From Candidatus Helarchaeota archaeon (GTDB lineage Archaea > Asgardarchaeota > Lokiarchaeia > Helarchaeales > RDOG01): DNA of 32,559 bases. Under the pieces are notes generated by a model. It saw only the letters and a program-made list of their open reading frames with translations. It was not told the DNA's origin and made no database searches. Every line of letters begins with the position of its first letter. Position 1 is the first letter of the stretch. The position numbers and the translations under genes are program-made. Positions 25,751 through 32,559 of this stretch are shown here, piece after piece. The stretch lies in contig JALGVI010000048.1 in NCBI GenBank assembly GCA_029838215.1, positions 1 to 32,559 of the forward strand, read 5' to 3'.

Positions 25751-27616
25751 ATGATGCCAAAAAAAATTTTAGGAATTGATTTAGGAACTTCCAATTCAGC
25801 CGCAGCAGTCCTCATGGGTGGCAAGCCCACCATCATTCCGAGTGCTGAAGGCGTTTCAATCGGTGGAAAGGCATTTCCATCCTATGTAGCGTTTACGAAA
25901 GATGGACAGCGACTAGTTGGTGAACCAGCAAGACGACAGGCCATTTCCAATCCAGAACGAACCATCCAAGCAATTAAGCGTAAGATGGGTACAAACTACA
26001 AGGTAACAATTGATGGAAAAAGTTATACTCCTCAAGAAATTAGTGCAATGATCTTGCGAAAGATCAAGGAAGATGCAGAGGCATTTATCGGTGAGGAAAT
26101 AAAGGATGCAATCATCACGGTTCCAGCATATTTCAACGACAATCAACGACAGGCAACTAAAGATGCAGGCAAGATCGCAGGATTAAACGTTCTTCGATTA
26201 ATTAACGAACCAACTGCAGCAGCCGTTGCTTATGGTCTTGATAAGGAAGATAAACACCTAACAATTGCCGTTTTAGATTTGGGTGGTGGAACTTTTGACG
26301 TTACCATCATGGAGATGGGTGATGGTGTCTTTGAAGTCAAATCGACTGCAGGAGATACTGCTTTGGGTGGCACAGACATGGATAAAAAACTTGTCGATTA
26401 CATCGCCAATGAATTTCAGCGTGAACAAGGCATTGATCTGCGAAAAGACCCGATGGCACTTCAACGACTTCGAGAAGCAGCAGAAAAAGCAAAAATCGAG
26501 TTATCCAATGTTACGAGTACCGAAATAAATCTTCCATACATTACGGCAGATTCGAATGGACCCAAGCATCTCACGATGACAATCACGCGAGCAAAATTGG
26601 AACAGATAATTGAACCCGTGTTGGATCGACTTGATGGACCAATCAAACGAGCATTAAAAGATGCAGGTCTGAAAACGGTAGACAAGATAATTTTAGTGGG
26701 CGGACCAACGCGAATGCCATCAGTTCGTGAGCGTTTTGCAAAATTCTTCGGAAAAGAACCTGAACGCGGTATCGATCCAATGGAATGCGTTGCAATGGGT
26801 GCCGCAATTCAAGGTGGAGTCTTAACTGGTGAAGTCAAAGATATAATACTTCTTGATGTTACGCCATTATCGCTAGGCGTCGAAACTTTGGGCGGCGTGT
26901 TTACGAAACTCATTGAACGAAACACGGCAATTCCAACGCGAAAAACAGAGATATTCTCAACAGCAGAGGATAATCAGTCCGCAGTAACAATCCATGTTCT
27001 TCAAGGAGAACGACCCAAAGCTGCAAATAACATAACGCTCGGGAAATTTAACCTTGTTGGAATTCCTCCAGCACCACGCGGTGTTCCACAAATCGAAGTA
27101 ACATTTGATATCGATGCAAACGGGATTCTCAACGTCTCAGCAAAAGATCTAGCGACTGGCAAGAGCCAAGCCATTACAATAACTGCAAGTACGAAGATGT
27201 CTGAGGAAGAGATACAGAAGAAAATAAGAGAAGCAGAATCTCACGCAGAGGAAGACCGAAAATTCAAGGAACTTACTGAAACCAAAAATGCCGCAGAGGC
27301 ATTAGTATATCGTATTGAAAAAGTAATGAAAGAGAACGAAGAAAAACTCGGAGACCTGAGTGGAAAGATCAATCCATTAATCCAAAACCTCAGAGGTGCT
27401 ATTGAAGCAAATGACGTCCAAAGGATGAAAGAAGGAATTGAAAAATTGCAAAATGCTTTCCACGAAATATCGCAAAAACTCTATCAGCAACAAGGACCTG
27501 CAGGAGCAGAACAACAGGCATACCAATCCCAACCAGGATATGAACAACAATACCAAAATTACCAGAACGCAACAAATCCTGACGATGCGGTTGATGTAGA
27601 GTTCGAGGTGGATTAA
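25751..27616 (+). CDS. dnaK: Chaperone DnaK (Hsp70)
   Basis: [63 protein letters not shown]. Confidence 0.98.
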   Translation: MMPKKILGIDLGTSNSAAAVLMGGKPTIIPSAEGVSIGGKAFPSYVAFTKDGQRLVGEPARRQAISNPERTIQAIKRKMGTNYKVTIDGKSYTPQEISAMILRKIKEDAEAFIGEEIKDAIITVPAYFNDNQRQATKDAGKIAGLNVLRLINEPTAAAVAYGLDKEDKHLTIAVLDLGGGTFDVTIMEMGDGVFEVKSTAGDTALGGTDMDKKLVDYIANEFQREQGIDLRKDPMALQRLREAAEKAKIELSNVTSTEINLPYITADSNGPKHLTMTITRAKLEQIIEPVLDRLDGPIKRALKDAGLKTVDKIILVGGPTRMPSVRERFAKFFGKEPERGIDPMECVAMGAAIQGGVLTGEVKDIILLDVTPLSLGVETLGGVFTKLIERNTAIPTRKTEIFSTAEDNQSAVTIHVLQGERPKAANNITLGKFNLVGIPPAPRGVPQIEVTFDIDANGILNVSAKDLATGKSQAITITASTKMSEEEIQKKIREAESHAEEDRKFKELTETKNAAEALVYRIEKVMKENEEKLGDLSGKINPLIQNLRGAIEANDVQRMKEGIEKLQNAFHEISQKLYQQQGPAGAEQQAYQSQPGYEQQYQNYQNATNPDDAVDVEFEVD

Positions 27617-27697
27617 AAAAAGACAATTTTTAATCTCCCTTCCCTTTTTATTTTCGTGCGGTGAAAATAAATCGGAGAGAAGTATTGAGGTGAGTTT

Positions 27698-28687
27698 GTG
27701 CCAAAGAAAAACCTATATGAACTTCTCGGAATAAAGAAAGGTGCATCAAAAGAAGATATCAAGCGTGCCTTTCGTAAAATGGCTAGAAAATATCACCCAG
27801 ACGTGAATCCAGGTGATAAAAATGCAGAAGAGAAATTTAAAGAAATAAATCAAGCTTATCAAATCCTCATGGATGATGAAAAGCGAAAAATGTATGATCA
27901 GTTTGGCGTGATTGATGGCGATCCTTCTTCAAGTCCCTTCCAAGGAAGAGCGGGACCCGGTGGAACTTATACGTATTATACTACGGGAGGTCCCGGTGGC
28001 TTTGACTTCAGTGAAATATTTAGCAGGGTAGGAGGACGGGGAAGCGGAGTCCACGTGAATGTCGGAGATTTTGACTTCTTTAATGATTTAGGAGATATCT
28101 TCGATGTTTTTACAGGAGCACGCAGTACCCGAGGTAGAAAGAAAACGAGAAGACCACGAGCAGGTGAAGATCTTCGTTACACCATGGAAATATCGCTAGA
28201 AGAAGCTTTTCATGGAGGGGAACAAAGAATTTCCTTTCAAGATCCCATAACTAACAAAAACAAAACCCTTACGATAAAGATCCCTCGAGGAATTGCAGAT
28301 GGACAAAAACTTCGTCTTGCAGGCGAAGGAATGCCCGGGATAAATAATGGACCACCAGGTGATCTTTATGTGGTCATCAAGATTCGTCCTCATCCGATCT
28401 TTAAACGAGAAGGGAATGATTTACTGGTTAAAATTCCAATAAAATTAACTGATGCCGTTCTAGGTACAAAAATTCGAATTCCAAATATAGAAAATGAAAA
28501 AATCACGATTACCATACCACCAGGTACTCAACCCAATCAGAAATTCAGGGTAAAAGGAAAGGGTTTTCACATCTTGAAATCGTCGGAACGTGGAAATCTC
28601 ATTGTCGAAACGATCGTGAAAATTCCAAAGAAATTGAACTCGGAACAGCGTCAGCATTTTGAAAAATTGAAAAAAATGAATGTATAA
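27698..28687 (+). CDS. dnaJ: Class B J-domain protein (DnaJ without zinc finger, CbpA-like)
   Basis: J-domain with HPD, G/F-rich region, C-terminal GDLYV / G.DL substrate-binding repeats; no CxxCxGxG motifs; GTG after GAGGTGA. Confidence 0.92.
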   Translation: MPKKNLYELLGIKKGASKEDIKRAFRKMARKYHPDVNPGDKNAEEKFKEINQAYQILMDDEKRKMYDQFGVIDGDPSSSPFQGRAGPGGTYTYYTTGGPGGFDFSEIFSRVGGRGSGVHVNVGDFDFFNDLGDIFDVFTGARSTRGRKKTRRPRAGEDLRYTMEISLEEAFHGGEQRISFQDPITNKNKTLTIKIPRGIADGQKLRLAGEGMPGINNGPPGDLYVVIKIRPHPIFKREGNDLLVKIPIKLTDAVLGTKIRIPNIENEKITITIPPGTQPNQKFRVKGKGFHILKSSERGNLIVETIVKIPKKLNSEQRQHFEKLKKMNV

Positions 28688-28705
28688 ATTTAGGTGGTGT
28701 AAGTA

Positions 28706-31300
28706 ATGTTAAGATTTGACAATTTTACAATCAAGTTACAAGAAGCATTGATTGCTGCCAAGCAATTTGCAGAAGATAGTGGACATCAACAAATTGAAGT
28801 TGAACATTTTCTGAAAGTTCTAATCGAGCAGCCTGATGGTCTTGTACCGCTCATCCTTCAAAAAATAGGCTTAGAACCATCCCGCATTTTGCAAGACTTA
28901 ATGCGCGAGATTGAAAAGATTCCACGTGTTTCGGGATCAGGTTTCGGTGAAGCTACAATTTCACGTAGTCTAAAGCAACTTCTCGATGATGCATGGAAAG
29001 AAGTAGGGTTCATGCACGATTCCTACTGCAGCGTTGAACACGTTCTCATTGCCATCGTAGAATATTCAAAGACTCCGTCCGCAAAGATACTCAAAAAATA
29101 CAATGTTAATAAAGAGAGAATCATGCAAGCTCTGGTAACCATACGCGGAGCCCAAACCGTGACGGATCAAGACCCGGAAGGAAAATATCAGGCACTTCAA
29201 AAATATAGTAGAAATCTAACGGACATGGCTCGTCGAGGTAAGCTGGACCCGGTGATTGGTCGAGACGATGAGATTCGAAGAGTCATCCATGTTCTTTCAC
29301 GACGGACTAAAAATAATCCCGTGCTAATTGGTGAAGCAGGAGTAGGAAAAACGGCAATTATTGAAGGATTAGCACAGCGAATTGCAAGCGGCGACGTCCC
29401 TGATAGCATCAAAAATAAAGAAGTAATTGCATTAGACTTAGGTGCACTGGTCGCAGGTTCTAAATATCGAGGAGAATTCGAAGATAGACTAAAAGCAGTA
29501 TTGAAGGAGATAAACCAAGGTCAAGGAAAATATATCCTTTTCATTGATGAGCTCCACACGTTAGTCGGAGCAGGAGCCGCAGAAGGAGCCATTGACGCTT
29601 CCAACATGTTAAAACCTGCCCTAGCCAGAGGCGAATTACGTTGTATCGGTGCCACGACCATAAATGAATATCGAAAATACATAGAAAAAGATGCCGCACT
29701 TACCAGAAGATTCCAAACAGTATATGTCGCCGAACCGTCCATTGAAGATTCCATTGCCATCCTTCGAGGACTAAAAGAACGATACGAAAATCACCATGGC
29801 GTGAGAATACAAGACTCAGCAATAATAGCTGCAGTGACATTATCCCATCGTTACATAACGGATCGCTTTTTGCCAGATAAAGCCATAGACCTCATGGACG
29901 AAGCAGCTTCACGACTTAGAATTGAAATTGATTCCATGCCAACGGTCATTGATGAACTAGAACGGAAAATCATCCAACTTGAAATCGAAAAAGAAGCCCT
30001 GAAAAAAGAAAAAACAAAAGAATGCGAAGATAACTGCATCAAAATAGAACAAGAACTCGCCGAATTACGCGAGGAAAGCGAAAGAATGAAAAAACAATGG
30101 CGTGCAGAAAAAGAATACATTTCAAAGATAACGTCCATTAAAAAGCAAATCGAAAGCACGCGGTTAGAAGCAGAAAGAGCGGAGAAAGAAGGAGATTTAG
30201 GAAGGGCAGCAGAACTACGTTATGGAGTCCTCACGGATCTTAAAAAACAGTTAGAAGAAAATACAAAGGCCCTAGCAGAAATCCAAAAAGAAGATAAAAT
30301 GCTTAAGGAAGAAGTAGATGCTGAAGATATTGCAGCTGTCGTTTCAAAGTGGACGGGAATTCCCGTGTCCCGAATGATGGAAGGAGAACTCGAAAAACTC
30401 ATCCATATAGAAGACCGCTTGAAGCAACGCGTTGTTGGACAAGACCACGCCCTAACGTTAGTGGCAAACGCAATTCGACGCGGACGGTCAGGAATTCAAG
30501 ACCCAAACCGACCCATTGGAGTCTTCATCTTCATGGGACCAACTGGCGTGGGAAAAACAGAAACGGCAAGGGCACTTGCAGAGTTCCTTTTTGACGATGA
30601 AAATGCAATGATCCGGATTGACATGAGCGAATTCATGGAAAAACATTCCGTTGCTCGGCTCATTGGCGCTCCACCAGGATACGTGGGATATGATGAAGGC
30701 GGGTATTTAACTGAAGCAGTTCGGCGCCGTCCATATAGCGTGGTCCTTTTCGATGAAATAGAAAAGGCACATCCCGAAGTCTTTAACGTGTTATTACAAA
30801 TCATGGACGATGGGAGACTAACAGATGGACATGGTCGAACGGTCGATTTCCGAAATACCATCATAATAATGACCAGCAATATTGGAAGTCGATTAATCCT
30901 TGAAAAGCATCATACTCATGAAGATTTCGATGACGAAACCATACGCAAGACACTCGGAACGCATTTCAGACCTGAATTCATAAACCGCGTGGATGACATA
31001 ATCGTGTTCAATTTCCTCGAGAAAGAACAAATCAAGGCAATCGTGGACATCCAGATTCGCAAGCTCAATAAAATCCTGAGCGAAAAGAAAGTTCAAATTG
31101 AACTCACGGATGCTGCTAAAGAATTTCTAGCACAAAAAGGATTTGACCAGGACTTTGGAGCACGTCCATTGAAAAGAGCCATCCAAAAACATCTTCAAGA
31201 TAAACTGGCAATGGCACTATTGAAGCACGAATTTACAGAAGGCGAAACCATCCTTGTAGATGCGAGTGCCAAAGGTGGACTTGAATTCAAGAAAAAATAA
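28706..31300 (+). CDS. clpB: Hsp100 disaggregase ClpB
   Basis: Clp N-domain, NBD1 GEAGVGKT / FIDELH / GSKYRGEFE, long M-domain coiled coil, NBD2 GPTGVGKT / GYVGY / FDEIEKAH; no IGF/L ClpP-docking loop recognised. Confidence 0.97.
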   Translation: MLRFDNFTIKLQEALIAAKQFAEDSGHQQIEVEHFLKVLIEQPDGLVPLILQKIGLEPSRILQDLMREIEKIPRVSGSGFGEATISRSLKQLLDDAWKEVGFMHDSYCSVEHVLIAIVEYSKTPSAKILKKYNVNKERIMQALVTIRGAQTVTDQDPEGKYQALQKYSRNLTDMARRGKLDPVIGRDDEIRRVIHVLSRRTKNNPVLIGEAGVGKTAIIEGLAQRIASGDVPDSIKNKEVIALDLGALVAGSKYRGEFEDRLKAVLKEINQGQGKYILFIDELHTLVGAGAAEGAIDASNMLKPALARGELRCIGATTINEYRKYIEKDAALTRRFQTVYVAEPSIEDSIAILRGLKERYENHHGVRIQDSAIIAAVTLSHRYITDRFLPDKAIDLMDEAASRLRIEIDSMPTVIDELERKIIQLEIEKEALKKEKTKECEDNCIKIEQELAELREESERMKKQWRAEKEYISKITSIKKQIESTRLEAERAEKEGDLGRAAELRYGVLTDLKKQLEENTKALAEIQKEDKMLKEEVDAEDIAAVVSKWTGIPVSRMMEGELEKLIHIEDRLKQRVVGQDHALTLVANAIRRGRSGIQDPNRPIGVFIFMGPTGVGKTETARALAEFLFDDENAMIRIDMSEFMEKHSVARLIGAPPGYVGYDEGGYLTEAVRRRPYSVVLFDEIEKAHPEVFNVLLQIMDDGRLTDGHGRTVDFRNTIIIMTSNIGSRLILEKHHTHEDFDDETIRKTLGTHFRPEFINRVDDIIVFNFLEKEQIKAIVDIQIRKLNKILSEKKVQIELTDAAKEFLAQKGFDQDFGARPLKRAIQKHLQDKLAMALLKHEFTEGETILVDASAKGGLEFKKK

Positions 31301-31312
31301 GGAGGAAACAAC

Positions 31313-31663
31313 GTGATTGAAATCAATCAAACAAATCTCCACGACATCGTAAAAAAAACACCTTTGGTTCTCGTTGATTTTTATGCAACGTGGTGCGCCC
31401 CCTGTCGGATGCAAGAAAACATACTGAAAAAACTCGAAAAGAAACACGGTGAACAGATTTTATTCACGAAAATCGATTTAGACGCAAACAAGGCACTTGC
31501 ACAACGATATGGAATCATGTCTATTCCAACTTTGATGTTTTATCTTAAAGGAAAATTAGTCCGATTCCCATCTAAAACACGCGGAAAAGTGGATAAACTC
31601 TTGGGCGTGCAAAATTACGGAAAATTGGATGAAATTCTAAATTTTCTCAAGAAAAAGATCTAA
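31313..31663 (+). CDS. trxA: Thioredoxin
   Basis: DFYATWCAPC active site, SIPTL cis-Pro loop; GGAGG upstream of GTG. Confidence 0.93.
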   Translation: MIEINQTNLHDIVKKTPLVLVDFYATWCAPCRMQENILKKLEKKHGEQILFTKIDLDANKALAQRYGIMSIPTLMFYLKGKLVRFPSKTRGKVDKLLGVQNYGKLDEILNFLKKKI

Positions 31664-31678
31664 AATCAACACGCCCTA

Positions 31679-31698
31679 TTTTTTTTTTTATTAAAAAA
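31679..31698. terminator. Bidirectional T-tract terminator
   Basis: T11 run (31679-31689) after trxA plus an A-run before the convergent stop. Confidence 0.55.
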
Positions 31699-31701
31699 TG
31701 A

Positions 31702-32559
31702 TTAATAAATGCTAAAAACTATTTCTATCACGTTTAATATGAAAATCAGCACGCTAAAAGCAACGGTACTTATCAAAAAATAACTCGGTCGGCCTTTTCC
31801 TTTTTCGGGAATGACTTCTCTCACGATTATGTACATCATTTCTCCACCGATAAAAGCGAAAATCACGGTGATCCAGAACTGATCGAGATAAAAAAAGATA
31901 TCCAACAATAATCCAACCACGATACCAATAGACGTAGCAGTAGATAAAAGCGACTTTTCAAGAAATCCCTTTCCCCTATGCATGTGAAATTCATACTCTT
32001 CATTTCCAAAGTGAATTTCAACGTGTCGTTTTAGTGGATTTGAAATTAGGGTTTTAAAAGCGGCGAATGCAAAAAATAAGAAAGCCGCAAAGATTTCCGT
32101 TGCCAATAGATCTACCAGAATTAAGCCAATCAGAAAATGATATACATAATCACTAATTGTATTTACAATAACCAGGTCCTTGTAAATGTGATTGATTACC
32201 GTCTTTTTTAAATGGGATTCTTCCATGAGTAATTCGCGTTCTTTTTCCTTGATTTTTATATCGGTATCTGCCAAAGATTTTAGGATATCATCATCAATTT
32301 CTTCATTCCTTATCTTGTCGATAACTGAACTCTCAATTCTTTTTTCTTCATCGACAAGCATTGCTTCTGCCTTTTTTATATCATTTATCCGTTTCTGAGA
32401 TTTCTTCTCGACGTCTTGTAGAATCCATTTCTCAGTCAAGTGAATGAAGACAAAACCAATCATTATAATTAAAAATAAGAGGCTTTCAATGGGTAATACG
32501 GGAAAGGTCTTCGTGATATATGGCAATAATTCAAGAAAGAAAAATGAAACCGAGATCCC
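31702..32559 (-). CDS. ZIP-like membrane protein, 5'-truncated by the window edge
   Basis: Frame stays open to 32559 (GISVSFFFLELLPY...); C-terminal FIGGEMMYIIVREVIPE resembles ZIP TM7-8; large charged loop. Confidence 0.6.
   Translation of the reverse strand, partial: GISVSFFFLELLPYITKTFPVLPIESLLFLIIMIGFVFIHLTEKWILQDVEKKSQKRINDIKKAEAMLVDEEKRIESSVIDKIRNEEIDDDILKSLADTDIKIKEKERELLMEESHLKKTVINHIYKDLVIVNTISDYVYHFLIGLILVDLLATEIFAAFLFFAFAAFKTLISNPLKRHVEIHFGNEEYEFHMHRGKGFLEKSLLSTATSIGIVVGLLLDIFFYLDQFWITVIFAFIGGEMMYIIVREVIPEKGKGRPSYFLISTVAFSVLIFILNVIEIVFSIY

Noticed and set aside
30453-30462. CTAACGTTAG palindrome resembling the heat-shock half-sites
   Set aside because: No N5 spacer and lies deep inside the clpB coding sequence; likely chance.
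29197-31096. Several antisense/alternate-frame ORFs within clpB (and similarly within dnaK, fabG, kor genes, the lipase)
   Set aside because: Shadow ORFs of strongly conserved genes, with no motifs or start signals.
1-32559. tRNA, rRNA, integrase, transposase or defence genes
   Set aside because: No GC-rich structured intergenic segments, terminal repeats or relevant protein motifs were seen by eye; a covariance-model scan would be needed to fully exclude small RNAs.

Overview
AT-rich, gene-dense archaeal chromosomal window. CDP-archaeol synthase CarS, an aIF2B-like gene, TATA-like promoters and T-tract terminators show it is archaeal. HEAT-repeat, AN1/double-zinc-ribbon and long helical proteins suggest an Asgard (Loki/Hel-like) lineage, which is inference only. 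Left to right: (1) MinD/ParA-type ATPase, coiled-coil/winged-helix protein and a 931-aa protein with 11-residue helical periodicity; (2) monoacylglycerol lipase-like hydrolase and Sec59/Dgk1/VTE5-type CTP-dependent lipid kinase; (3) small membrane protein, HEAT protein, MOP-family flippase; (4) ModE-like regulator, stand-alone TOBE protein, MBL hydrolase; (5) small Zn-finger protein, eIF2B-family protein, an orphan; (6) AN1-Zn-finger/M50 protease fusion divergent from a Pro-rich double-zinc-ribbon protein and a coiled-coil protein; (7) FabG-like SDR and a four-gene 2-oxoacid:ferredoxin oxidoreductase operon; (8) large HEAT protein, carS, membrane-anchored alpha/beta hydrolase; (9) grpE-dnaK-dnaJ(class B)-clpB-trxA operon with two heat-shock-box-like repeats flanking its TATA box; (10) a partial ZIP-like membrane protein. 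No rRNA, tRNA, CRISPR or mobile element was seen. The best candidate for an undescribed system is the ATPase/wHTH/hendecad module at 34-4429. Next are the ClpB operon with archaeal-style operators, the AN1-M50/DZR locus and the split ModE/TOBE pair. All calls come from motif recognition without database searches.
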